A stretch of 57,394 nucleotides of DNA from Bacteroidia bacterium (GTDB lineage Bacteria > Bacteroidota > Bacteroidia > Flavobacteriales > Schleiferiaceae), in the NCBI GenBank assembly GCA_030427285.1, contig JAUHWX010000001.1, positions 1 through 57,394 of the forward strand. Direction: 5' to 3'. Shown piece after piece: positions 1 through 10,111 of this stretch. Under the pieces are notes generated by a model. That model searched no databases. It was not told the DNA's origin and worked only from the letters and a program-made list of their open reading frames with translations. A program made the translations under genes and the position numbers. Numbering within the stretch: position 1 is the stretch's first letter; each line of letters starts with the position of its first letter.

Positions 1-510
1 GTGATAGGGCATGAGTTTACCCACGGTTTTGACGATAGAGGCCGCAAATACAATGCTTTTGGAAACCTGGCAAACTGGTGGAATAAACTGGATATGCAGC
101 GTTTTGAAAAGCGTACCGACAGAATGGTGAGCCAGTATGGTGAGTACCAACCTTTGAAGGAAGTGTTTGTAAATGGTCGCCTTACTTTAGGTGAAAACAT
201 TGCCGACCTTGGTGGATTGACCTTGGCGTATTATGCCTATGAAATGTCTCATGTAGAAGGCAAAGAAGAGCCAGCTCCAATTGATGGCTACACTTGGCAG
301 CAACGCATTTTTATGGGCTGGGGGCAAGTTTGGTCTTCTAACCAAACGGATGAATACTTGGGCAACCAAGTTGTAACTGACCCTCACTCGCCTGCGGCCT
401 ACCGTGTAAATGGCCCGATGAGCAACATGCCCGAGTTTAAAACAGCTTGGGGTTGCGAAGATGGTGATGCCATGGTGCGCCCGGATTCTGTGAAGGTTAC
501 TATTTGGTAA
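1..510 (+). CDS. M13 family zinc metalloendopeptidase (PepO/neprilysin-like), C-terminal part; 5' end lies outside the window
   Basis: HEFTH (HExxH) zinc motif, GENIAD motif, and DPHSP..YRVNG end typical of Peptidase_M13. Confidence 0.93.
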   Translation: MIGHEFTHGFDDRGRKYNAFGNLANWWNKLDMQRFEKRTDRMVSQYGEYQPLKEVFVNGRLTLGENIADLGGLTLAYYAYEMSHVEGKEEPAPIDGYTWQQRIFMGWGQVWSSNQTDEYLGNQVVTDPHSPAAYRVNGPMSNMPEFKTAWGCEDGDAMVRPDSVKVTIW

Positions 511-537
511 GAGAAACTTTAAACTTATAAGATTGAT

Positions 538-571
538 CGGCAGTTTTCTAAAGAAGGCTGCCGTTTTTTTT
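538..571 (+). terminator. Rho-independent terminator after the M13 peptidase
   Basis: CGGCAGTTTTCT-AA-AGAAGGCTGCCG stem followed by a T run. Confidence 0.85.
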
Positions 572-591
572 GTGGCCAGTTGAGGATTAAT

Positions 592-618
592 CCTTGCAGG
601 GTTTCAAACCCTGCAAGG
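592..618. repeat. Perfect palindrome, REP-like extragenic element
   Basis: CCTTGCAGGGTTT-C-AAACCCTGCAAGG: 13-bp perfect arms, no U tract, intergenic. Confidence 0.7.
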
Positions 619-658
619 GTTCAGTCACTCGGAGCTTAATGTTCCACGTAGAAGGATC

Positions 659-703
659 TGTGACTTTGGTTACCAAAACCATTTGCCGAAAATCTTACTT
701 TTG
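659..703 (+). promoter_or_regulatory. CRP/FNR-like box plus Bacteroidota -7 promoter element for the rhodanese-trxA operon
   Basis: TGTGAC-TTTG-GTTACC at 659-674; TACTTTTG (TAnnTTTG) at 696-703. Confidence 0.6.
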
Positions 704-726
704 AATTCTCAAAAAATAATAGAATA

Positions 727-1008
727 ATGAAATCATTAAGTGAACTAATAAACGATCCGGCTACTCACCTTATAGATGTGCGCGAGCCTTATGAAGTGGA
801 TGAAGTAAGTGTGGATGGTGCTGAGAATATCCCAATGGGAGATGTAGCGGATGAACTGGAGAAGTTTAAAAGCATGGAAGGAAACATAGTGGTCTTCTGT
901 CGCTCGGGTGGTCGTAGTGCCAGCGTGATGCAGTTTTTGCAACAAAACGGTGTAGAGAATGTTACTAATGGTGGCGGATATGCTGATGTGCAGGCTCTCC
1001 AAAAATAG
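727..1008 (+). CDS. Single-domain rhodanese (sulfurtransferase)
   Basis: LIDVRE and VVFCRSGGRS active-site loop, followed by NGGG. Confidence 0.92.
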   Translation: MKSLSELINDPATHLIDVREPYEVDEVSVDGAENIPMGDVADELEKFKSMEGNIVVFCRSGGRSASVMQFLQQNGVENVTNGGGYADVQALQK

Positions 1009-1031
1009 AATCACAGTAAAATATAAATAAT

Positions 1032-1415
1032 ATGAAAAAGTTAATTTTTCTAATATTTCCTATGATGGTTTTTATGGCCTCATGCGGAGCCCAAAGCACG
1101 GGCAACAATGATGTGACCGTGGCCGAGGCACAGGAAATGATAAAGGACGATAAAGTGGTGATCATTGATGTGCGCACACCCGAAGAGTATGAAAAAGGAC
1201 ATCTGGAAGGGGCCACTTTGATTAACTTCTTTGGTGATGATTTTGATCAAAAAATTGCAGAGCTTCCTAAAGATCAGGAATACTTGGTGTACTGTCATTC
1301 TGGAAACAGGAGTGGAAAGGCAGTAAAGAAAATGGAGGAAGCTGGCTTCACTAATACTCACAACATGACAGGTGGCTGGTCTAGCTGGTCGGCTGAGATG
1401 GAAAACAAAAAGTAA
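1032..1415 (+). CDS. Rhodanese-domain lipoprotein
   Basis: Signal peptide with lipobox MASC; [13 protein letters not shown]; VYCHSGNRS loop. Confidence 0.9.
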   Translation: MKKLIFLIFPMMVFMASCGAQSTGNNDVTVAEAQEMIKDDKVVIIDVRTPEEYEKGHLEGATLINFFGDDFDQKIAELPKDQEYLVYCHSGNRSGKAVKKMEEAGFTNTHNMTGGWSSWSAEMENKK

Positions 1416-1708
1416 TGGCTGGATTTAAAGAAATCATCAATTCAGATAAGCCTGTGCTGATTGACTTTTTTGCCGAATGGTGCGGCCCTTGCAAAACCTT
1501 GGCACCCATTCTCAAAGATGTAAAACAGCAGCTTGGGGATTCTGTAAAAGTGATAAAGATAGATGTGGACAAAAATCCGCAATTGGCTGGAAGCCTAAAT
1601 GTACAAGGTGTACCAACCTTGATGATTTATAAAGATGGCCAAATGAAGTGGCGACAAAGCGGGGTGATTCCTGCAGCGCAGATTGTCAATCAAATTAAGA
1701 ACGTATAA
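1415..1708 (+). CDS. trxA: Thioredoxin
   Basis: [11 protein letters not shown] and VQGVPTL; TAATG overlap with the upstream gene. Confidence 0.93.
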   Translation: MAGFKEIINSDKPVLIDFFAEWCGPCKTLAPILKDVKQQLGDSVKVIKIDVDKNPQLAGSLNVQGVPTLMIYKDGQMKWRQSGVIPAAQIVNQIKNV

Positions 1709-2323
1709 TTAAAGGGCTTCCATTCGGAAGCCTTTTTCTTTTAAATATTCCAAAGTTTTGGGAAGGGCTACTTGTAAGCGAGGCCATGCCTTTACGCTGT
1801 CGTGAAAAACGATAATGGACCCAGGTTGAATATGTTTAATTACGTTTTTATGGCATCGTTCACCATCAATGGAAGCGTCAAAGTCGCCACTCAAAATGTC
1901 CCACATTATAATGTTGTAATCCTTTTTTAAGGCTTTGGCTTGTGACTTTTTTATTCTGCCATAAGGCGGACGAAAAAGCATGGATGGAACCAAATCACTA
2001 CACTTCGCTATATTTTCTAGATAATCTTTAGTACTGTGCTTCCAACCATTGAGATGATTGTGCGTGTGGTTGCCAACGCTGTGCCCGGCCTCTTTTAGTT
2101 TTTGAAATATTTCAGGGTTTTCAGCCACATTTTTCCCGATAAGGAAAAAAGTACCCAAAGCATTGTGCTTTGCCAAATGCTCCATAACCCACTCTGTGAT
2201 TTTGGGAGTTGGGCCATCGTCAAAGGTGAGGTACACGATCTTCTCATCAGTGGGTTTATTCCATGTGAGATTGGAATAAAAAGCCTTTAGCCACCAAGGG
2301 GATTTGATGAGGTAGTTTCGCAT
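1709..2323 (-). CDS. Polysaccharide deacetylase (CE4/NodB family)
   Basis: LTFDDGP, GNHTHNH, FRPPYG and IIVFHD motifs. Confidence 0.93.
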   Translation of the reverse strand: MRNYLIKSPWWLKAFYSNLTWNKPTDEKIVYLTFDDGPTPKITEWVMEHLAKHNALGTFFLIGKNVAENPEIFQKLKEAGHSVGNHTHNHLNGWKHSTKDYLENIAKCSDLVPSMLFRPPYGRIKKSQAKALKKDYNIIMWDILSGDFDASIDGERCHKNVIKHIQPGSIIVFHDSVKAWPRLQVALPKTLEYLKEKGFRMEAL

Positions 2324-2340
2324 AGGGTAAAATTAGGTGA

Positions 2341-2371
2341 AAACAAAAAACTCCGCACAGGGCGGAGTTTT
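2341..2371 (-). terminator. Rho-independent terminator
   Basis: Minus strand AAACTCCGC-loop-GCGGAGTTT followed by T run, after the 2389-2760 gene. Confidence 0.8.
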
Positions 2372-2388
2372 AGCACATGGAATTTGAT

Positions 2389-2760
2389 TTAGTTTTTCTT
2401 GCCGGACCAGGTTCCGGAAAAGTCTTGCCCCACATAAGACCAGGTACCTGATATGCTATTGTCTTTTGCCTGTCCTTTAAAAACGATTGAAATTCCAAAA
2501 TTAGAAATGGTGGTATTGAGTTCTCCATCTTTGCTAATTTCTCCCTCGCCAGTGAGGGTAAAAAATGGTAGGGAATCAGAAACTGCACTGCCGGTTACTT
2601 TTCCTTCATCGTCAATGTTTACATTCCACGTTCCGGTATCATCACCCGTATAAGTGCCGCTCCAGTTTCCTTCGTAGTCTTTGTACTCGGATTCTTTTTT
2701 ACAGGATATTAGTATCATAGATACCGCGAAGAGTGTTAGAATTATTTTATTGAATTTCAT
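2389..2760 (-). CDS. Hypothetical surface lipoprotein with a beta-rich domain
   Basis: Start at MKFNK; lipobox LISC followed by KKESE; repeated G-x-W-S-G strands. Confidence 0.75.
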   Translation of the reverse strand: MKFNKIILTLFAVSMILISCKKESEYKDYEGNWSGTYTGDDTGTWNVNIDDEGKVTGSAVSDSLPFFTLTGEGEISKDGELNTTISNFGISIVFKGQAKDNSISGTWSYVGQDFSGTWSGKKN

Positions 2761-2790
2761 TTTAATTAGGGTTTTAGTATGATGCAAAGG

Positions 2791-2820
2791 AAATAAAAAA
2801 GCCCCGCAAAATGCGAGGCT
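2791..2820 (-). terminator. Rho-independent terminator after the DUF2723 gene
   Basis: Minus strand AGCCTCGC-ATTTT-GCGGGGCT-TTTTT. Confidence 0.8.
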
Positions 2821-2844
2821 CTAGTTTAAAATCTATGCTCTTAA

Positions 2845-5800
2845 TTAGGCCATCCCTAGCGGTCTCAGCGCAGCTTGATAGCGTTTAAAGAATTCTGTAT
2901 CCTGCATTTGCTGCATACCTTGCCCAGGGTATTCATATTGGTTTACCATGCGAATCAGCATTTGGTAATAACTGGCTGCAGAGCGAGTTTCCTGCTGTAC
3001 TTTAGCGCGGTCGTCACCCTTAAATTGCTGGTAGTAGGCAAGCTCTTCATCCAGGCGGTCAGCAAAAAGATCAACAATAGCGCGAGCCTTTTCGGTAGCT
3101 CCGGCTTTATAATAGCCCTCAATCATGCTAAATACGAAGTAGTTTAGCTCAAATTTTTCTTCGGGCATTATTTCCATACCACGGTCAAGCACTTCAATGG
3201 CTTTCTCGTTTTGGCCTTCTTCAGCCAGTTGGTTGGCCAGTCTGCCAAAAGTGTTTCGAAGATTATAAGAAAGTCTTCTGTTGGTTTCATCCAAATACAC
3301 CCCGGGTACTTCCATATTTCCGTACTCAAAGTTGTTCATCAAGTTGTCATACATGATTTCCGTATTGGGCTTACCAAAGTCGGTAGAACCTTTTGGAGAT
3401 TCATTCTTAACGGGTACAAAACGGTAAGCTAATCCTTCAAGTTGGAAGTAATCTTCTAACCAAAAGAATGACTTGCTGCTGTTTCCTACAGTCACGCTAA
3501 AGTAAATGGGGCGAGACCAATCATTGTTGGCAATAAGGTCAACCACCATAATATCTCTTTTAGAAAGTAGTTGAGCATTTAAATCCCAATCGATATAATC
3601 CAAAATACGGTTTGTGTCTTTATCAGAAACCACATTATTGGCTAGCACTGCATTTTTGTCAATATCAACACGCACCTTTTTTACAGGGTAATATTGAAGT
3701 TGATTATTGCCATACTTAAAGCGAGTACTTGGGTCATCGCTCTTAATCCACTTGATTAAATCTTCAGCGCGCCACCTTCCCTTCACACGTGGGTCTTCAC
3801 GGAAATATACTACATCGCGTGTACCTTGTTTGTATTGATCATGCTCAAAGGTAAATGGAACAGGGGCAGCTTCATAAGCCGCACGCTTCATTTGGTCAAT
3901 ATACCAATCCGTATTTAGGAGACTAAGGTTTACGATGCGTACATCGGTGCGATACCCTTCTACCTCCTGAATGTACCAAAGAGGGAATGTGTCATTATCA
4001 CCATTTGTAAAAAGTATGGCATTTGGTGCGCAAGAATCTAAGTACGCTTTTGCAATATCTCTTGCGGTGTATCTGTTGGATCGATCATGGTCATCCCAGT
4101 TTTCTTTGGCCATTATAGCTGGCACCAGTAATAGACATAGTGCTGAAGTAGCAATGGCAGTGGCGTTGCCCTTAAACTTTTTAGCCAAAATCTCATAAAT
4201 GGCCTGTACGCCAAGTCCTATCCATATGGCAAAGGCGTAGAATGACCCGACAAAGGCGTAATCACGTTCGCGTGGTTCAAAGGGTTTGTGGTTGGTATAA
4301 ATCACAATCGCTATTCCTGTCATCAAAAAGAATAAAGTCACTACCCAGGCATCCTTCCAGTCTCGCTTAAAGTGAAAATAGAGACCAATAATTCCTAAAA
4401 TAAAAGGAAGGAAATAATAGGTGTTTCTTGCTGGGCTGTTCCTGTCATGATAGGGAAGATTGCTCTGTGGTCCTAAGCGAATAGCATCTATAAAATCAAT
4501 ACCACTTAGCCAGTTTCCTTGAGTTACCTCGTAATGGTGTTGGTCATCATTTTGACGTCCGGCAAAGTTCCACATAAAGTAGCGCCACCACATATGGCCG
4601 ATTTGATAGTCAAAGAAAAACTTTAAGTTTTGTCCAAAGGTTGGTTTCTTATCTTTATTAGTAATGCCGGCAATTTGCATATAGTTTTTCACGTGTCCTG
4701 GATCGTCACTCCACATACGAGGGAAAAAGCCTGTATGGGTTTTGGCAAAGTTTCTCACACTTCCTTCGCGATCATCAGAAACCACATACTTGCCAGCCTC
4801 TTCATCTTTTTCATAGATCGGAGTGCCATCGGTAAAGGGAGTTCGTTGATCCAGAGGAGCGTTAAAATACTGACCGTACATTACGGGCCAGTCACCATAT
4901 TGATCACGATTGTAATAAGCCAAAAGCGAAAGTGCATCCTCAGGATTATTTTCGTCAATCGGGGTATTTGCATTAGAGCGAATTGCCAGAGTTACGAAAG
5001 TAGAATATCCAATAAGGATAAATAGTATCGAAAGAATTAGAGTGTTCCAAAGCGGTAGCCCTTTTTTGCGGGTAGAAATTAACCCAAAACCAAACGCGGC
5101 AATAAGCAGCAAAAGCATGAAAATGGTTCCTGTGTTAAAAGGAAGCCCGATTGAGTTAACAAAGAAAATTTCCAGCTTACCAAAGCTGTTTAGAATAAGT
5201 GGAATGATCACGGCAAATACCACACCTAATACCACTACCGCGATTCCGTTGTAAAGTATAAACTGACGTACGTTGGCTACTTCTTTATTTTTGAAGAAAT
5301 AGATCATTACAATAGCGGGGATGGTAAGAAATACCAGGATGTGAACACCAATAGAAAGCCCTGTCATGTAGGCGATAAAAATTAACCATCGGCCAGCTTT
5401 GGGGCTATTGTCTACTTCATTTTCCCATTTAAGTATTGCCCAAAATGCAATTGCTGTAAATAGGGAAGACATAGCGTAAACCTCACCCTCGGTTGCCGAA
5501 AACCAGAAGCTGTCACTAAAGGTATAAGCAAGTGCACCTACAGCACCGGCACCAAATATTGATATCATTCGAGCTTTAGTAAGCTCACCATGATGTTTTG
5601 AGAATTTTTTGCCTAGTGCTGTGATCGTCCAAAAAAGAAAAAGAATGGTAAAAGCACTACTGAGTCCAGAAACCATATTGACCATGTACGCCTGCTGGGT
5701 AACGTCTCCAAAGGCAAACTGAGCAAAAAAGTTTCCCATCAATTGAAAGAAGGGCGCACCGGGAGGGTGGCCTACTTGAAGCTTAATGGCTGTTGAAATA

Positions 5801-5919
5801 TATTCACCACAGTCCCAAAAACTGGCCGTGGGCTCTAGGGTAGAAACGTAAGTGAATGCTGCGATTGCAAATACGATCCAACCGATAAGGTTGTTAAGTT
5901 TAGAATAATTCTCCTGCAT
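2845..5919 (-). CDS. DUF2723 / TMEM260-like (GT117, GT-C fold) integral membrane glycosyltransferase
   Basis: Many TM helices, FWDCGEY and GHPPG motifs, NGDNDTFPLWY motif and a C-terminal TPR-like helical domain; start taken at MQENY. Confidence 0.85.
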   Translation of the reverse strand: MQENYSKLNNLIGWIVFAIAAFTYVSTLEPTASFWDCGEYISTAIKLQVGHPPGAPFFQLMGNFFAQFAFGDVTQQAYMVNMVSGLSSAFTILFLFWTITALGKKFSKHHGELTKARMISIFGAGAVGALAYTFSDSFWFSATEGEVYAMSSLFTAIAFWAILKWENEVDNSPKAGRWLIFIAYMTGLSIGVHILVFLTIPAIVMIYFFKNKEVANVRQFILYNGIAVVVLGVVFAVIIPLILNSFGKLEIFFVNSIGLPFNTGTIFMLLLLIAAFGFGLISTRKKGLPLWNTLILSILFILIGYSTFVTLAIRSNANTPIDENNPEDALSLLAYYNRDQYGDWPVMYGQYFNAPLDQRTPFTDGTPIYEKDEEAGKYVVSDDREGSVRNFAKTHTGFFPRMWSDDPGHVKNYMQIAGITNKDKKPTFGQNLKFFFDYQIGHMWWRYFMWNFAGRQNDDQHHYEVTQGNWLSGIDFIDAIRLGPQSNLPYHDRNSPARNTYYFLPFILGIIGLYFHFKRDWKDAWVVTLFFLMTGIAIVIYTNHKPFEPRERDYAFVGSFYAFAIWIGLGVQAIYEILAKKFKGNATAIATSALCLLLVPAIMAKENWDDHDRSNRYTARDIAKAYLDSCAPNAILFTNGDNDTFPLWYIQEVEGYRTDVRIVNLSLLNTDWYIDQMKRAAYEAAPVPFTFEHDQYKQGTRDVVYFREDPRVKGRWRAEDLIKWIKSDDPSTRFKYGNNQLQYYPVKKVRVDIDKNAVLANNVVSDKDTNRILDYIDWDLNAQLLSKRDIMVVDLIANNDWSRPIYFSVTVGNSSKSFFWLEDYFQLEGLAYRFVPVKNESPKGSTDFGKPNTEIMYDNLMNNFEYGNMEVPGVYLDETNRRLSYNLRNTFGRLANQLAEEGQNEKAIEVLDRGMEIMPEEKFELNYFVFSMIEGYYKAGATEKARAIVDLFADRLDEELAYYQQFKGDDRAKVQQETRSAASYYQMLIRMVNQYEYPGQGMQQMQDTEFFKRYQAALRPLGMA

Positions 5920-6102
5920 TATCAGAATTTTATGTGGAGTGGCGAATTTATAAAAATAAGGGTACGTCAAATCTCAAAATATTGTTAATCCCTCTTAATT
6001 ATGTGTGAAGAGGCATTTTGAGCTTTTTTTGTAAATTTATACAGTCAATAAAAAAGGGGTAAAAAAATAAAGGCAAAAGTTTGGTAGTTAAAAAACCCTG
6101 CT

Positions 6103-6110
6103 TATTTTTG
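6103..6110 (+). promoter_or_regulatory. -7 promoter element of tRNA-Gln
   Basis: TATTTTTG matches the Bacteroidota TAnnTTTG consensus, 17 nt upstream of the tRNA. Confidence 0.7.
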
Positions 6111-6127
6111 CCGCCCAATCAAAAGGA

Positions 6128-6199
6128 TGCCCTATCGTCTAATTGGCAGGACAGCGGTTTTTGGTACCGTCAGTCGAGGTTCGAGTCCTTGTGGGGCAA
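6128..6199 (+). tRNA. tRNA-Gln (anticodon TTG)
   Basis: Acceptor TGCCCTA/TGGGGCA; anticodon arm GCGGT-TTTTGGT-ACCGT; T arm with GGTTCGAGTCC; no encoded CCA. Confidence 0.96.
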
Positions 6200-6205
6200 C
6201 TTTCT

Positions 6206-6237
6206 AAAGCCTGAAGCATATGCTTCAGGCTTTTTTT
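6206..6237 (+). terminator. Terminator after tRNA-Gln
   Basis: AAAGCCTGAAGCA-TA-TGCTTCAGGCTTT followed by T run. Confidence 0.9.
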
Positions 6238-6372
6238 ATTTCCACAATATTGCATTTTGCTCATTCGTATATTCCATTAATCGATAGAAACTCAATACTC
6301 GTCTAATTTAGTTTTTTGACAAGGGTTAAATTTTTCACTTTTGACGTATTAACCCCTTAAAAGTCAAATATC

Positions 6373-6711
6373 ATGAACACATTTAATCTAAAATGGCTTC
6401 GTCTTGAATTAAAAAACGAAGAAGCCCTATCAACGCGTTACTCTATTATTCACACTCAGTTTGCCAGGTATTCATACCTGATTGAGGAGGGCTATATCCT
6501 CGGTATTTTCAATGCCAGCAATTATGAAAAGGATATTCCGCATGGTGTGATGTACATTCAAACGGATAATCCAGAATTTTATCAGGCTTGTATAGCTAAT
6601 TATAGTAATGACTTCCATGTTTCTGAGCTTACCCCATTCTTTAGTTTGCCCACCAATTACAGATTGGCACTGGGTGTAAGTGTTACTTTTAAAAACAAGC
6701 ATTCGGCATAA
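6373..6711 (+). CDS. Hypothetical protein (112 aa)
   Basis: ATG after an A-rich leader; fills the gap between tRNA and leuS; has its own terminator; no motif recognised. Confidence 0.6.
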   Translation: MNTFNLKWLRLELKNEEALSTRYSIIHTQFARYSYLIEEGYILGIFNASNYEKDIPHGVMYIQTDNPEFYQACIANYSNDFHVSELTPFFSLPTNYRLALGVSVTFKNKHSA

Positions 6712-6736
6712 AAATCAGTTGGTGAGATAATTTTGC

Positions 6737-6778
6737 AAACGGGAAATTTCTTTTTCAGGAAGTTTCCCGTTTTTGTTT
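6737..6778 (+). terminator. Rho-independent terminator
   Basis: AAACGGGAAATTTCT-loop-GGAAGTTTCCCGTTT followed by TTGTTT. Confidence 0.8.
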
Positions 6779-6865
6779 GGATATATCTCAAATTAAAAGA
6801 AGAACCATCCCTTATATAAGTAGCGGTCTTGCTAAATTCGCGCCTCAATAGATTTTAGCAGCGTT

Positions 6866-9655
6866 ATGGATTACAATTTTCAGGAAATAGAAAAGAAGTG
6901 GCAAGAATACTGGGCTGATAACGGTTCGTTTAAAGCGGAAGAAAGTTCTGAAAAGCCAAAGTACTATGTGTTGGATATGTTCCCTTACCCATCTGGAGCG
7001 GGTTTGCACGTAGGTCACCCACTGGGTTACATTGCTTCTGATATTGTATCTCGCTATAAGCGTCACAAAGGTTTTAATGTGTTGCACCCCATGGGCTACG
7101 ATTCTTTTGGGCTGCCAGCGGAGCAATATGCCATTCAGACTGGTCAACATCCTGCAATTACTACCGAAGAAAATATTAAGCGCTATCGTCAACAGTTGGA
7201 TCAAATCGGATTTTCATTTGACTGGTCACGTGAGGTGCGTACTTCTGATCCTAACTTTTACAAATGGACGCAGTGGATTTTTCTTCAGCTTTTTAATAGT
7301 TGGTATGATACTTCCGCAGATTCTTCAAAATCTATTGACACCTTGGTTCAGCATTTTGAAGCTAAAGGAAGCGAGGGTGTAAATGCTGTTACTTCAAATG
7401 AAGAAGACTTTACAGCAGAAGTTTGGAATGCGTTAAGTGATATTCAAAAAGAAGAAATACTTCAAAAGTATAGATTGGCTTACAGGGCTGAGTCTACCGT
7501 AAACTGGTGCCCAGCCTTGGGAACTGTATTGGCCAATGATGAAGTGAAAGATGGTCTTAGTGAGCGTGGTGGACATCCTGTGATTCAAAAGAAGATGATG
7601 CAATGGAGCCTGAGAATTACAGCTTACGCTCAGCGATTGTTAGATGGACTTGATGAAATCGATTGGTCAGAATCATTGAAAGAATCTCAGCGCAATTGGA
7701 TTGGAAGATCCGAAGGGGCGAGTGTACATTTTGCATTAAAAGATAGAGAAGACAAAATCGAAGTTTTCACCACCCGACCTGATACTATTTTTGGCGTAAG
7801 CTTTATGGTGCTGGCTCCAGAGAATCCTTTGGTGGATAAAATTACAACGGAAGCTTACGAAGGCTCAGTTAGAAAATATAAAGAGCAAGCCGCGAAGAAA
7901 AGCGAGCGCGATAGACTTGCCGATGTAAAAACTGTGAGCGGTCAATTTACCGGTGCTTACGCTGTACATCCCTTTAGCGGCAAAGAATTGCCCATCTGGA
8001 TTGGTGACTATGTTTTGGCTTCCTACGGAACAGGGGCTGTAATGTCCGTTCCGGCTCACGATAGCCGCGATTATGCTTTTGCAAAATATTTTGATCTGCC
8101 GATTTTACCGGTAGTAGAAGGTGGAGATATTTCTAAAGAATCTTACGATGCCAAAGAAGGAAAAGTGATAAACTCTGATTTCTTGAATGGCCTTGACGTA
8201 AAAGAAGCTGTGGCAAAAGCTATTGCTAAAATTGAAGAAGAAGGTTTAGGAAAGGGTAAAGTAAACTTCCGCTTGCGTGATGCGATTTTTGGTCGTCAAC
8301 GTTATTGGGGAGAGCCAATTCCCGTGTATTATCAAGATGGTGTTCCTCATGCTGTAAAGCAGGAACATTTGCCGCTGGAGCTTCCGCAGGTGGACGCTTA
8401 TTTGCCAACCGAAGATGGTGAGCCACCTTTGGCTCGCGGCCATAAGTGGAACTACGATCCTGAAAAAGGCGTAGTGGCAAATGGAGAAGGTTATCCGTTG
8501 GAACAAACTACGATGCCAGGTTGGGCAGGTAGTAGCTGGTACGATTTGCGTTACATGGATCCATTTAACACAGATGCTCCGGTAAGCGAAAAAGCCGATG
8601 CCTATTGGCAAAATGTGGATTTATACATAGGAGGTAGCGAGCACGCCACAGGTCACCTTTTGTACACACGATTTTGGCATAAGTTTTTGAAAGATCAGGG
8701 AATTATTTCTCAAAACGAACCCTTCAAAAAGTTGATAAACCAAGGGATGATTTTGGGAACTTCTGCTTTCGCTTACCGTGTGGAAGGTCAAAATAAGTTT
8801 GTTTCCCGAGGCCTGAGAAAGGACTATAAAACCATTCCGGTTCACGTAGATGTACATATGGTAAATGCTTCTGATGAGCTGGATGTTGAAGCTTTCAAAG
8901 CCTGGAGAGATGATTTGGCTGGAGCTGAATTTATTTCGGAAAATGGAAAGTTCTTGGTAGGGCGCGAAGTAGAAAAAATGTCCAAATCCAAATATAATGT
9001 GGTAAACCCGGACGACATCATTGAGCAATACGGTGCAGATACCTTGCGCATGTATGAAATGTTCCTTGGGCCATTGGAGCAATCCAAACCATGGAATACT
9101 GCTGGTATCACGGGTGTTCATGGTTTCTTAAAAAAGCTTACCCGCCTGTATAAAAATGGAGCGGATTGGAATATTAGCGATGAAAAAGCTGATGAAAAAG
9201 AGTTAAAATCACTTCATGTTTTAATCAAAAAGGTGAATGAAGATATTGAGGCATTCAGTTTTAATACTTCTGTGAGTGCCTTTATGATTTGTGTGAATGA
9301 ACTTGGCGTAATGAAATGTAATAAGCGTGAAATCTTAGAGCCGCTAGCGGTGCTAATTTCTCCGTTTGCTCCACACTTGGCCGAAGAACTGTGGGCAGGC
9401 TTGGGCCATGAAGGTGGTATTTCTGCAGTGCCATTTCCCGTTCATAATGATGAATACCTGGCCCAAAACAGCTTTGAATACCCAGTTGCCTTTAACGGCA
9501 AAATGAGGTTTAAGGAAGAACTTTCATTGGAGATGGGTAAGGATGCTGTGGAAAAACACATTATGGCTTTGGAAAGAACCGCAACATATCTGGATGGTAA
9601 ATCACCCAAAAAAGTGATTGTTGTACCGGGTAAGATTGTGAATATTGTGATTTAA
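6866..9655 (+). CDS. leuS: Leucine--tRNA ligase
   Basis: [14 protein letters not shown] (HIGH motif), KMSKS, CP1 editing domain FTTRPDT..GTGAVM, and end [10 protein letters not shown]. Confidence 0.98.
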   Translation: MDYNFQEIEKKWQEYWADNGSFKAEESSEKPKYYVLDMFPYPSGAGLHVGHPLGYIASDIVSRYKRHKGFNVLHPMGYDSFGLPAEQYAIQTGQHPAITTEENIKRYRQQLDQIGFSFDWSREVRTSDPNFYKWTQWIFLQLFNSWYDTSADSSKSIDTLVQHFEAKGSEGVNAVTSNEEDFTAEVWNALSDIQKEEILQKYRLAYRAESTVNWCPALGTVLANDEVKDGLSERGGHPVIQKKMMQWSLRITAYAQRLLDGLDEIDWSESLKESQRNWIGRSEGASVHFALKDREDKIEVFTTRPDTIFGVSFMVLAPENPLVDKITTEAYEGSVRKYKEQAAKKSERDRLADVKTVSGQFTGAYAVHPFSGKELPIWIGDYVLASYGTGAVMSVPAHDSRDYAFAKYFDLPILPVVEGGDISKESYDAKEGKVINSDFLNGLDVKEAVAKAIAKIEEEGLGKGKVNFRLRDAIFGRQRYWGEPIPVYYQDGVPHAVKQEHLPLELPQVDAYLPTEDGEPPLARGHKWNYDPEKGVVANGEGYPLEQTTMPGWAGSSWYDLRYMDPFNTDAPVSEKADAYWQNVDLYIGGSEHATGHLLYTRFWHKFLKDQGIISQNEPFKKLINQGMILGTSAFAYRVEGQNKFVSRGLRKDYKTIPVHVDVHMVNASDELDVEAFKAWRDDLAGAEFISENGKFLVGREVEKMSKSKYNVVNPDDIIEQYGADTLRMYEMFLGPLEQSKPWNTAGITGVHGFLKKLTRLYKNGADWNISDEKADEKELKSLHVLIKKVNEDIEAFSFNTSVSAFMICVNELGVMKCNKREILEPLAVLISPFAPHLAEELWAGLGHEGGISAVPFPVHNDEYLAQNSFEYPVAFNGKMRFKEELSLEMGKDAVEKHIMALERTATYLDGKSPKKVIVVPGKIVNIVI

Positions 9656-9862
9656 GTAGAAGTCGATTTATGGTTTGGCATTGGACGCCATACTGCATTA
9701 TTATTGCATGGTGTGATTTAGAATAGTTCATAACATGAGCCTTATCATTGAATTGCATTAAATTCTAAGTGTCAGATTTTCGTTATACTGTTTGTTATTT
9801 CGATATATCGCCATATAAGGATGTGTGATAAATTCTATATTTGTTCAAGATTAAAGTACTAA

Positions 9863-10111
9863 TTGAATACTTCTGCAACACATAGCGTTTCTAAGAAAAC
9901 CGAAGATATTCCACGAGATAATCGTGAGAAGAGAATCATCTTTTGGGAAACTGTGAATATTGTTTTTAAAACCACAGGTGTTATATCATGGTTTTGTATC
10001 CTCCTGCTTACTGTACTAGAAATTAAGCGCTATTTCAATATTGATGTTATTCCTGGTTATAATAGTGCTGTAGATGATGTATATAATGCCGTTCGGGCCG
10101 TTATATTTTAG
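9863..10111 (+). CDS. Small hypothetical membrane protein (TTG start)
   Basis: One hydrophobic segment; TATATTTG promoter element at 9836-9843. Confidence 0.55.
   Translation: MNTSATHSVSKKTEDIPRDNREKRIIFWETVNIVFKTTGVISWFCILLLTVLEIKRYFNIDVIPGYNSAVDDVYNAVRAVIF

Noticed and set aside
6081-6287. 68-aa ORF in the track
   Set aside because: It overlaps tRNA-Gln and its terminator, so it is a shadow ORF.
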